63,009 nt of DNA from Nemertoderma westbladi (Eukaryota > Animalia > Xenacoelomorpha), in assembly GCA_032718475.1 (NCBI GenBank), contig JAUCBJ010003826.1, positions 1-63,009 of the forward strand. Reading direction: 5' to 3'. Both the position numbers and the translations under genes were made by a program. Shown one piece after another: positions 1 through 10,439 of this stretch. Numbering within the stretch: the stretch's first letter is position 1; each line of letters begins with the position of its first letter. The notes below the pieces were generated by a model. That model was not told where the DNA came from, did not search any database, and worked only from the letters and a program-made list of their open reading frames with translations.

Positions 1-1
1 T

Positions 2-3000
2 GTTTCCTACCAACCAATATAAAACATCATAAGCGTCACACCACATGTAAATGTTACTGAAATGAATGGTTAATGAAGCCGTTGCCGACTGAATAAGCTT
101 AGCTACTAGCAGAGCTCCCATTAGTTCCTTTCTAGGTATAGAAGGTCCATTATCAGATTGTGGACACACCTTTGACTTAGCAATTAAAAAGGATACTGTG
201 GTTGACATATCAGTGTACACTGTCCGAACGTAAAGCACTCCTGCATAAATTGACTTGCTGGCATCTGAAAAACCATGCAATTCAAAATCTTTAATAGTAT
301 TTGTTTTGTTAAACACGCATCTCGGAAATGAAATTTTATTGAGGGATAATAAACTGTCAACCCATCTTTGCCATTTTTCAGTTAAAGCCAACGAAAGTGG
401 TTCATTCCAATTTTTTGTTGTTTTACATAATGTTTGGAATTCGGCTTTCATTTGGCTTGTGAATGGTATCAGAGCGCCCAATGGGTCATATAGGCGTGCT
501 GATAACTGTAACACTGCTCTTTTATTTTTGGGTAACAATTTTACATAGTCGTATACTGACGTTACGTCAAACCCAAATGTGTCGTTTTCCACATGCCAGC
601 ATTGTCCTAAGATTCGTTTCACCTGGGCTGGTTGAACCAGCGGCAGGTACAGAGAAGACTTTGCGTATGTCTGATCTTCCTCCTGAAATTTTGTTATGTC
701 CAAAACTTGGTTACATTTGTTGAGTGTTTCTTTATCAAATTCTGTCTGTAATTGTAATGAGTTAGAAACCCATCTACGTATGTTAAATCCACCTGATTTC
801 ATGATTGAGCAGGCCTCTTTCATGAATTGTACTCCTTCCTCTACGGTATCTACTCCTGTTCCTAAGTCGTCTACATACAACTTCTGTAACTTCTTGATAG
901 TAACCAGTTGAGACTGCGTTACAGTTTTCTTCTTTTCCAATTCTAGATGATGAGATAAAGTTTCTGCAAGTATATTTGGTGAGCATATCAATCCAAACAG
1001 AGCTCGTGTGTACCTGTACCCTTGAATAACTAAATTATCTATATTGATATTATCTAGTGATGGTACCCACAGAAATCGAAGGCAATCCCTGTCAGAATCA
1101 TTAACTTCGCATTGTAAGAATGCCTGTTCAATATCTGCTGTTATAGCTATTCGTTTATCCCTAAAACCTAGTAACACATCTAATAAATGTGGGATGAGAT
1201 TTGGTCCTTTTAAAAGGCATTCATTTAATGACATATCGTTGCAATGTGCGCGTGCTGAGGCATTGAATACCACCCTAAGCTTAGTGGATTCCCGTTCCTC
1301 CCGTACTACACCATGATGGGGAATGTAATGAATTACTGAACCCGTTTGATCACAACTTACTGGTTCAATATACCCCTTTGCTATATGATCCCGGATTACA
1401 CTGTCGTATTTTTCAAGCAAACCAGTTTTTTGTAAACGGCGGATTAAAGAGTATAATTGTTTATAACACAATGAATAATGGTCAGTCAAATTTGTCGGAT
1501 TTAATTTCCAAGGCAAACTTACAGAATAATGTCCGTTACTTTTAAACTTTATGTTTAGAACTGGTTTAAACGTGTCGTCACTTTCCATTTGCTCGTTACC
1601 CAAACTTTCTACTGCCCAAAAGCTTTTGAGTATGTCTTGAAATTTGTCGTTTTCAGCTTCAGTGTCAAGTTTGTCAATCTGGTCTATCTGACAAGTGGAA
1701 CTGATTAGCATACACGTGTTGTCTTGCAAATTGTTGTCATAATTTGAGAACTCGTAACTTTGTTGCACTTTCCCAGAAAGTAGCCAACCAACACCCGAGT
1801 CAAGGGCGACCAAACCTGTACCTGAAATACGGAATGTCTTTCCTGTTACAATGTCCCAATAGAAGTCTGAACCGATTAATAGATTTACACTAAAGTCGTG
1901 TCTTTGGTCCTTGTCTGGGTTAGCCAATGAACAGTCAGAAAGACCGAGTGAGTGAAAACATGAGCCAATACGGTTCTGAAGAGATTCAGCCGAAAACTTA
2001 CTTTGTAATGGTTTACAAATTTCCCCTACAACTAATGCTTGTACAACCAAAATTGTGCTGTTGCGTAGTATTAATGTAATTTGCGCAATATCTAGAGACT
2101 GAATATCTCTCTCTTTACCTTCATGACCTTGGAAACTGTTAATGTTAATGACTTGCTTCCCTACTATAGGTAATTTATATTTCAGTACCGTCTCCCGAAC
2201 AATGAATGATCTTTCACTACCAGGATCAAGAAATGTGTTTACCTGAAATGAAGTTGTTGTATTGTGAACCGGTTGACAGTTGACTACAGCCGTTTGAAGT
2301 ATACCACTAACTGTTATGTCCAAGCTGGCGACTTGAACTGTCAATGTTGTTGAACCTGTTGAATCATTTATATCATTAAACTCTGGATCACCCTTAACGG
2401 TTATCTGATTTGTGCCAACCAACATACTATGACTACTACTACCTTGACCTTTTGGTTGTTGGACACTTGGACCACGTTGTACTCTTGTACAAATTGATTG
2501 ATGGTGACCAGTTCTCTTACAGTTATAGCACGGCTTAATTCGTGTACAATCTCTAGCAAGATGTCCTGAACCAAAGCAATTATAACATAATGCTTTCCTG
2601 TCTAATATTGCTTTCCTTTGTGAAGTATCGTGTATTGTTTGACAATTTACAGAATAATGATGTTGTTTACAGAATATACATCTTACCATTTGCGGTTTCG
2701 GTAGAGACTGTTGAGTTTTATTTTGTTGTGTGTGACGGTATGTATGTTGGGTTGCTATAGGTAGTGAGGCTGCTGTTGGAGTGTGTCTGATTGTTGATTT
2801 TTCTTGATAATTGTAATTTTGTGCTGATTGAGTATTATTCGAAGAACTATTGCCACAAAACACACCCATCGCCTCCTCACTAGCTAAGCGCAACCCTATT
2901 TGGTCCATGAGCCACATAAGGTTATCTATGTTATTGTTTGATTTTTCTAAAAGACGTGTGCCGAAATCGAATGGTAGTGTACTCATAATGTCAGGAATTA

Positions 3001-3793
3001 CGGTGATTTGGTATTGATCTGGTTTCGTATTCAGTGCTTCTAATGCTCGTATGTGTGCTAAGCAAGTATTATAAACCTGTCTTAAATTTAGTGAGTCTCC
3101 TGTGAATGTTTTACTTATGTTTCTAAGTTGTTCTATATGTGCTTGTATAATGCGACTTTGTGACCCGTAACGTGCTTGTAGAAGGTCCATAGCTACAGTA
3201 TAATTTTCACTGGAAACAGAAAGTCCCGCAACCACTGATTTTGCTTCACCAGTTAATGACTGTAATAAATGTTGTAGTTTAAGGACATCAGGCAAACCAG
3301 AGTCATGAATTGCACTTCGAAAAGAATCCCGCCACCCACAAAAATCAAGCACATTACCTGAAAAAACGGGCCTATCCAGCTTTGGGAGCACAGAACGAGC
3401 ATAAGTACTACTAGTAGCGTAAGTTACTGTAGAATCTTGACTATTGAATGTAGGTCTTGGTATAACCGTACTTGAGTTAATGTTATCTGGATTTGATGTG
3501 TTCGAGTCTGTAACAGATAGTGATAACTGTAACCGAGTTATACAATTAGTGAGTCTAACCTTGTAGATAGCAGCTTCTGATGCGTCTTTGTCACATTCTT
3601 TTTCCTCCATTAGTCCCCAGATGTCTTCGTCCATACTGTCTAACTTCTCACTGTAACAGTTCAGGATTGTGATCTTTGAGAGCTTCTCCTCTCTAGTGAG
3701 CTGATCAATGTCGTCGGCGTCGTGAATAGCGATCGTCACTGCCGATCTTTTCCCACCTCTCGAACGTATCAACCGTTTGAGATCATCAGCCAT
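2..3793 (-). CDS. BEL/Pao LTR retrotransposon gag-pol polyprotein, 5' part (runs off the window start)
   Basis: Manual translation from ATG at 3793 (MADDLKRLIRSRGGKRSAV). Motifs in order: gag LPKLDRPVFSGN..LQSLTGEAK..LLQARYG; Cys/His knuckles CIFCKQHH..CYNCFGSGHLARDC..CYNCKRTGHHQSIC; protease LDPGSERSFI; RT YIPHHGVVRE..KLRVVFNAS, ADIEQAF, YVDD; RNase H LHGFSDAS, IPRKELMGA, WCDAYDVLYWL. The start and the window-edge end are in the same frame; it is probably missing from the ORF track because no stop lies in the window. Confidence 0.95.
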   Translation of the reverse strand, partial: MADDLKRLIRSRGGKRSAVTIAIHDADDIDQLTREEKLSKITILNCYSEKLDSMDEDIWGLMEEKECDKDASEAAIYKVRLTNCITRLQLSLSVTDSNTSNPDNINSSTVIPRPTFNSQDSTVTYATSSTYARSVLPKLDRPVFSGNVLDFCGWRDSFRSAIHDSGLPDVLKLQHLLQSLTGEAKSVVAGLSVSSENYTVAMDLLQARYGSQSRIIQAHIEQLRNISKTFTGDSLNLRQVYNTCLAHIRALEALNTKPDQYQITVIPDIMSTLPFDFGTRLLEKSNNNIDNLMWLMDQIGLRLASEEAMGVFCGNSSSNNTQSAQNYNYQEKSTIRHTPTAASLPIATQHTYRHTQQNKTQQSLPKPQMVRCIFCKQHHYSVNCQTIHDTSQRKAILDRKALCYNCFGSGHLARDCTRIKPCYNCKRTGHHQSICTRVQRGPSVQQPKGQGSSSHSMLVGTNQITVKGDPEFNDINDSTGSTTLTVQVASLDITVSGILQTAVVNCQPVHNTTTSFQVNTFLDPGSERSFIVRETVLKYKLPIVGKQVININSFQGHEGKERDIQSLDIAQITLILRNSTILVVQALVVGEICKPLQSKFSAESLQNRIGSCFHSLGLSDCSLANPDKDQRHDFSVNLLIGSDFYWDIVTGKTFRISGTGLVALDSGVGWLLSGKVQQSYEFSNYDNNLQDNTCMLISSTCQIDQIDKLDTEAENDKFQDILKSFWAVESLGNEQMESDDTFKPVLNIKFKSNGHYSVSLPWKLNPTNLTDHYSLCYKQLYSLIRRLQKTGLLEKYDSVIRDHIAKGYIEPVSCDQTGSVIHYIPHHGVVREERESTKLRVVFNASARAHCNDMSLNECLLKGPNLIPHLLDVLLGFRDKRIAITADIEQAFLQCEVNDSDRDCLRFLWVPSLDNINIDNLVIQGYRYTRALFGLICSPNILAETLSHHLELEKKKTVTQSQLVTIKKLQKLYVDDLGTGVDTVEEGVQFMKEACSIMKSGGFNIRRWVSNSLQLQTEFDKETLNKCNQVLDITKFQEEDQTYAKSSLYLPLVQPAQVKRILGQCWHVENDTFGFDVTSVYDYVKLLPKNKRAVLQLSARLYDPLGALIPFTSQMKAEFQTLCKTTKNWNEPLSLALTEKWQRWVDSLLSLNKISFPRCVFNKTNTIKDFELHGFSDASKSIYAGVLYVRTVYTDMSTTVSFLIAKSKVCPQSDNGPSIPRKELMGALLVAKLIQSATASLTIHFSNIYMWCDAYDVLYWLVGN

Positions 3794-3960
3794 GATTAGG
3801 AATGTTGTCACACAAATGTTTCCAATGTATCAAATTGACACAATTAATTGAAAGTGATACTGTGATACTTTTAGAGTTTGATTGAGTTCATAATTGAATA
3901 AGGTACTCCCCCAAGTGGGAGTCCTTTTGAAATAATGTACAATTAAATTAAATTATTTTT

Positions 3961-3971
3961 ATCGGGCGCCA
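3961..3971 (-). promoter_or_regulatory. Primer-binding site (tRNA-Lys-type) of the BEL element
   Basis: Minus strand reads TGGCGCCCGAT immediately after the putative LTR. TGGCGCCCGA is complementary to the 3' end of tRNA-Lys. Confidence 0.8.
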
Positions 3972-4305
3972 TATAATGGATTTTCCCCAACTGGAAGTTC
4001 CAAAATAGAAAATTGTTTTTCTTTAATATAACAACGTAAACTCTATATTCAATATTGTGACAGTGAACTTTACAAAATGGTGCATTACACATTATTTCTA
4101 CTGAGTTCAAACAGATACATGATTTACAACTACAAAGGATACGGAATGTATATTTACTTAGGAACTAATCAAGCAATTTATTATAACCAACTGGATAGGC
4201 CCCAAACAAACGTATATTGGATGTCGGATATATTATTGATAGATGAATGTAGTCTCTAACTAAGTTTAACGCACTCTAATTAATTATATAAATTTATACA
4301 TGACA
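3972..4305 (-). mobile_element. 5' LTR of the BEL/Pao element (~330 bp)
   Basis: Lies between the PBS and the point where the flanking inverted-repeat arm breaks off. Starts TGT at 4305 (alternatively 4300) and ends ...CATTATA. The partner LTR is outside the window. Confidence 0.65.
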
Positions 4306-6805
4306 CTACCCCACCCAAATCACTATCGGAGAATCCGATGGGGCACTTTTTGAATCCCGGTTACCATGACAACTATGAGAAATACATCGTCGAAACTAAT
4401 TGTACAGTAAATTTATGAAATTTTGGAAACGTAACCGTATTGCGTGTTCTCATTGTTGCAAAATTAGGAAACTCTGTAATTATATTGTCCTTAAGCATAA
4501 TTGTTTTTTTCTAGATTCGGCGTTGAAGTGGAATAGTAGTTGGCCTGTAACCTAGGTAATAAGAAAATAATATCACCTATAATGTTTCTTCAGTTTAAAT
4601 ATGGTTACTATCATTTTAAAAAGAAACCAATTCAGGATCAAGTATCTCACATGTTGCTATGTTCACGTTCAGACCATAATTTGCCAGCCAATCATTGTCA
4701 ATAATAATAATATCAATAATTTATTGTTGCCATGGCAACCAAAAATATTATTTAATATGTGAAAATTCCATCAGAATCATTTCATATGTTCTTCAGATGC
4801 AATGCATATCAATATGTTACATAGTCAACATTCATGATCACAAGCGCAGTCATTATTCTGTTGTTACCATAGCAACGGGCATATTTTAGTATTTATGTAG
4901 TTATAGTAACGTATTTGGCATTTTATTGACATTGGAAGTTAATCATATTAAAGATTATGGAAAAAAATTGTGTGGAGTCTGCTACAGTTATCTTATTTAA
5001 CAAAGTCTCGAATTTTGACCATAGCAACGGGAGTTTTGATCCAAATTCGGGAATGACTTGTTAAAATTACTCAAAATTCGGTTTAATGTACATTTCAGTA
5101 TTTAGTAGAATGAGATGCTGTAGAAAATTACAAAATTATATTCGAATGACCTTAATGTAATTAGCAACGAAAGTTTTCCTTAGCAACCGGGGTCTTTTTT
5201 TTTACCTATCATTCCAACAAACGCTATTAGCAGATTGTGACAAATACAACAGCGCTTGGTCAAACAGAGTTAGAGCTTTCATACACGATATGGGTAATCT
5301 TCCTGCCACAGGAGCGGTTTATCACCAGATATGCAGTGTCAATTTTCGTACAGGTAAAAATATACCACAAGTATTTAGTATAAATTCCATATCGGTATCC
5401 CATCTAACCAAAAACTATCTAACCGACAAGCAATATCATATATAAGAGTAATATAATTTATTATATAGCTAGGTACTGGTACAGTAAAATACCAGTATTT
5501 ATTATTTCTGATACCATATAAAATATTTAAAATATTCTGTAAATATATTGCTAAGGAAAACTCGCCATTGATAAGTAAGATTCAACATTGATGTAGAAAA
5601 CTTGGTATTGAAAACTCGTTGCTACCTTGTGAAACTAACCGTTGCTAAGGTAACTCGCTGTTGCTATACACAATTCAACATTGCCAAGGAAAACTTACTA
5701 ATGTTTAAACTTCACAGCTCAATAAAAAACATGTTATCACTATAAAACGCGATGTTGGTAAAAGAAAGACCCCGGTTGCTAAGGAAAACTTTCGTTGCTA
5801 ATTACATTAAGGTCATTCGAATATAATTTTGTAATTTTCTACAGCATCTCATTCTACTAAATACTGAAATGTACATTAAACCAAATTTTGAGTATTTTTA
5901 ACAAGTCACTCCCGAATTAGGATCAAAACTCCCGTTGCTATGGTCAAAATTCAAGACTTTGTTAAATAAAATAACTGTAGCAGACTCCACACAATTTTTT
6001 TCCATAATCTTTAATATGATTAACTTCCAATGTCAATAAAATGCCAAATACGTTACTATAACTACATAAATACTAAAATATGCCCATTGCTATGGTAACA
6101 ACAGAATAATGACTGCGCTTGTGATCATGAATGTTGACTATTTAACATATTGATATGCATTGCATCTGAAGAACATATGAAATGATTCTGATGGAATTTT
6201 CACATATTAAATAATATTTTTCGTTGCCATGGCAACAATAAATTATTGATATTATTATTATTGATATTGACAATGATTGGCTGGCAAATTATGGTCTGAA
6301 CATAGCAACATATGAGGTACTTGATCCTGAATTGGTTTCTTTTTAAAATGATAGTAACCATATTTAAACTGAAGAAACATTATAGGTGATATTATTTTCT
6401 AAATACCTAGGTTACAGGCCAACTACTCTATTCCACTTCAACGCCGAATCTAGAAAAAAACAATTAGGCTTAAGGACAATATTATTACAGAGTTTCCTAA
6501 TTTTGCAACAATGAGAACACGCAACGGATACGTTTCCAAATTTTCATAAATTTACTGTACAATTAATTTCGACGATGTAATCCTCGTAGTTGTCATGGTA
6601 ACCGGGATTCAAAAAGTGCCCCATCGGATTCTCCGATAGTGATTTGGGTGGGGTAGGTCAAGGTTAGAATTCCGTAAGATTATAGGAAATGGGTGATTTA
6701 TGTATGACTTTCTGTTGCCATGGTGAAATGGTCTATTTAACCAAGTTCCAACAACCCGATTTGGGCCGATTTTGGATATGTTGATAAGCATAAAATTTGG
6801 GCCTA
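4306..6805. mobile_element. Non-autonomous long-TIR DNA transposon, Academ-like; left TIR truncated by the BEL insertion
   Basis: 4306-5206 is a near-perfect reverse complement of 5757-6656. The right arm appears to continue to ...tttgggcCTA at 6805 (5'-TAG terminus, as in Academ). The spacer holds a coding remnant. The superfamily call is an inference. Confidence 0.7.
5209..5380 (+). pseudogene. Transposase-like coding remnant in the palindrome spacer
   Basis: Translates SFQQTLLADCDKYNSAWSNRVRAFIHDMGNLPATGAVYHQICSVNFRTGKNIP, matching the DLxAxxAxYHxxC motif I recall from large invertebrate (Academ-type) transposon proteins. Confidence 0.55.
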
Positions 6806-7364
6806 GAAAATATTAAATTTAATTATGTTGCAATTTGTCCGAGGTTGAGCCCTTTTTCGCCTATTTTGACTGGACTATTTAGTACTAATTGTGGTATTCT
6901 GGAATATAGTGTCGTTATTCAGGTACCCCCCCCCCCCCCCCCCAAAAAAAAAAAATTTTTTCTACAAATCGTAATGAGATTGCATGAAATTTGAAACAGA
7001 GTTAGTTTCATCTTCTTCCTCCTTAGTGGGTGATTCAGAATTGTTATATTTGTTTTCAATCTTAGCTACTACTAGCGTTTAGGAAAAAGTGTTGGTTGGG
7101 AAATAGCTGAGATAAGGGCATTTATTAGCCCCTAATAAATAGCATTGTTATCTGTCGGTTTTCATTTATATGGACTGTATATTCTCTGTGCTGTTTTTCA
7201 CCAATATCTGTGCAGTCGAATGTCAATCATGGCCTTAATTGGCTACATTGCCTATTATGATATTAATATACTGATTAAATTATCTTGCCATTTATTCTAT
7301 TTAATAGATACACAATGTGCTAGAACATTTGGCTTATGTAATGTAGGAATATCCATATAATAGT

Positions 7365-9266
7365 ATGATAAGGACGGCCACAAAGGGTGAAGATCTGAGA
7401 TTCACACTTCAAGAACGCAGAAGTAGTAGATATCCGGCAACTACAGTCACAGACACCGAATTCGCGGATGACATCACCCTGCTCTCTAATTCGCTAGCAG
7501 ATGCACAGCTTCTACTAAATAAAGTGAAGAGAGCTGCTAAGGAGGTTGGATTGCATATAAATGCTACCAAGACCGAATTCATGACCTTTAATGTTGATGG
7601 AAACTTGACAACCATTGATAATAATCAATTAAGGAAGGTCGACGACTTCTAGTACCTAGGATCATGGATAGAGAGTAGCAAAAAGGTCATAGAAGTTAGG
7701 AAAGCAAAGGCTTGGGTAGCTCTATCAAAAATGGATACCATCTGGAAATCAGATCTCTCCAGGCACCTGAAGACTAAGTTAGTTCTCAATTTCGCGCTCT
7801 TTCGAGCCACAGTGGAAAGTGTATTTTTATACGGGGGTGAGACCTGGACACTGACTAAATCTCTTGAACAACGAATCGATGGTTGCTACACAAGACTACT
7901 AAGGGCAGCCCTAAACATCAGCTGGAAACAACACATGACAAACGCCGAGCTCTGTGGTACTATACCACCTGTATCAACCACCCTCCGTGAACGCAGATTA
8001 AGATTCAGTGGGCACTGCTGGCGAAGTAAAGACGAGGTCATACCAGATCTACTTTTCTGGCAACCAACACAAGGAAAGCGTACCAGTGGACGACCGGCTA
8101 TAACATATACGCCACTAATTGAATGCCACCCCAAATTAGATGATTTAACACCAAAATAAATTATTCTGCACCAAATATATATTTTTGTAGCACCAATTCA
8201 CATCCCCCAATTTTGAATATCCTTCTCACCAAAAATAATTATTCATCCCCCAAAAACAATTATTCATCCCCCAAAAACAATTATTCATCCACAAAAAAAA
8301 ACAATTATTCATCCCCCAAAAACAATTATTTATCCCCCAAAAACAATTATTCATCCCCCAAAAATAATTACTTGTCAACCAAAAAAAATTATTCTAGCAC
8401 CAAATATTTTATGGAAAATTTATTTTTGAAAAATGTTCATTTATTATATTCATTTCCACTTAATCAAACAAAATGTTTAATCATTAGGGGGTCTACATTT
8501 ATACCAAACTGAGTCTGTAACTGAGTCTGTTTAGGCCTAAACTGTATATTTTGGAGTGACTGAGTTATAAATGCCTTTTTCGCCGTTGTTGGCCTTCCAG
8601 GAAGTGCTAGGCCTATTGCTGCAGTAGTATTTATTTTGGGGGATTATGTATTTATTTTGGACGAAAATGTATTTGTTTTGGGCGAAAATGTATTTGTTTT
8701 GGGCGAAAATGTATTTGTTTTGGGGGAAAATATATTTATTTTGGGCGAAAATGTATTTGTTTTGGGCGAAAATGTATTTGTTTTGGGGGAAAATGTATTT
8801 ATTTTGGGCAATAATGTATTTGTTTTGGAAACATTTGTAATTATTTTGGGGGGAAATGTATTTATTTTGGAGGTTTTGTCATTTATTTTGTTTGAATAAT
8901 TGATTTTGGGGAGCATTTATTTATTTTGGTATTGAATAATTGGTTTTGGTGTTGAATAATTGTTTTTGGTGTTGAAAAATTTATGTTGATGTTTGAATAA
9001 TTTTATCTGGGGTGACTTTATTTTATTTGGTGTTAAATAATATTTGTTTGGGTCACATTATTTAATTTGGTGTAATAATATTTTTTTTGGTGAAATTTTT
9101 ATCAATTTTGGGTTGACTTTAATTGGTAGCCTAACATATATAGACCAGCTTGGAAGGGATGTTGAACTTGAGAGAAACGAAATTGCGACAACTATGGAGA
9201 ATCGGGAAGCCTGGAAGGATCTCATTTCCACTATCCGAGTTCGCTCGACCTAGTAGTAGTAGTAGT
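7365..9266 (+). mobile_element. 5'-truncated RTE-clade LINE (RT C-terminal part), interrupted at 8110-9131
   Basis: EFADDITLL, GLHINATKTEFM, F*YLGS, VESVFLYGGETWTL, RRLRFSGHCWR, RPAITY|IDQL..REAW..RST*, followed by a (TAG)n tail at 9251-9266. Contains an in-frame stop at 7650. Confidence 0.9.
8110..9131. mobile_element. Foldback/MULE-like non-autonomous element with a 9-bp TSD
   Basis: TSD TAACATATA at 8101-8109 and 9132-9140; removing the insert restores the RTE reading frame. Imperfect TIRs, with 21-bp tandem units in opposite orientation in the two arms (~8228-8400 and ~8630-9060). Confidence 0.85.
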
Positions 9267-10439
9267 ATTGTCATCTAGGTATTGCATTGTTGCCAAGCAA
9301 CTTATGAGATAAATATTTTATTAAATATAAGAAATTGCTTGCAGCGGAAGCAAATACATGCAAAATTCGAATGCCCCTATCTCAGCTATTTCCCAACCAA
9401 ATTTAAATATTTTTATGAAACTAACTCAGTTTCAAATTTCATGCAATCTCATTAAGATTTGTAGAAAGGTTTGGGGGGGGGGGGGGGCAGGCACCCCTCC
9501 CCCCCCCCGCCACCGTGGATACTCATACATAAACCAAATGTTCTAGAATGAGAACCCGAATGAAGACACTATATTCCAGGTTCCAGGTCCTGGCTCGATA
9601 TTGGGGAACAGTTACAGTTTTGTATTATTTTGGCTCAAGTACAAATAATTTATATTGTATTGGCTTTCGAGTGGAAGTGAACTGCTTTCTATTAAATTTA
9701 TGGCAGTGATTTTTATGTCCGTTCATTTGACTTTTTTGTCCGCAATTTTTTAGGAATTTTGCATAATACTTTTGTTGTCCACGGAATGACTTTTTATGTA
9801 CGCATTTCTTCAAACTGTGAGACTAATGATTTCTGGACTCTTAGACAGTTGATTTCACCGTGCCTGTGCTAAAACATTCAAAATTGGTTGATTTCTGGAC
9901 TGTCGGATAGTTCAATTTATAATGCTTGTGGCAAAAGATTCAAAATGTGATGATTTCTAGCCTATGAGATAGATTTCCCAATACCTCTGGTAAAAGTCTC
10001 TAAATTTAATACTTTCTGGATGTTGTCGATAGTCGATTTCCACTTGACTGAAGCAAAACACAATTAAGGTAAACGAGCAGGTTACATAGGCGATCTTTTC
10101 TAACCAAAACAATAAACGATATCATTACCAATTGAGGGAAATGAGCAGGTTACAGAGGCGGGCATTTCTAATCAAAACAATAAACAACCGATTGAGTGAA
10201 AGGAGCAGGTTCCAGAGGCGGGTTTTTCTAACCAAAACAATAAACGTTCACTTTAAAAATTAAGATTAATTAAAATAATTATAAATCAGAAGATATCAAA
10301 CCAATATTACAAAGATAAATTTATTCGCTAAAGCACAATATTAACTAATTAATTAATATTAATATTTTTGAAAGCGACTATTTAAATTATTTGTTTTCTA
10401 CATTATTCATACACTTTTAGAACATTGTCTACAAATTTG

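Larger units (their letters stand above)
6897..9580. mobile_element. TIR-bounded non-autonomous element (arms ~6897-7122 and ~9370-9580) enclosing an RTE insertion
   Basis: Inverted matches: ggaatatagtgtc/gacactatattcc, gagattgcatgaaatttgaaac/gtttcaaatttcatgcaatctc, ttggttgggaaatagctgagata/tatctcagctatttcccaaccaa, and poly-C versus poly-G tracts. Confidence 0.65.

Noticed and set aside
255-1316. Short plus-strand ORFs
   Set aside because: Antisense shadows of the BEL pol frame.
8213-8916. Repetitive ORFs (PKNNYSS, GENVFVL)
   Set aside because: Artefacts of 21-bp tandem repeats in the foldback arms.
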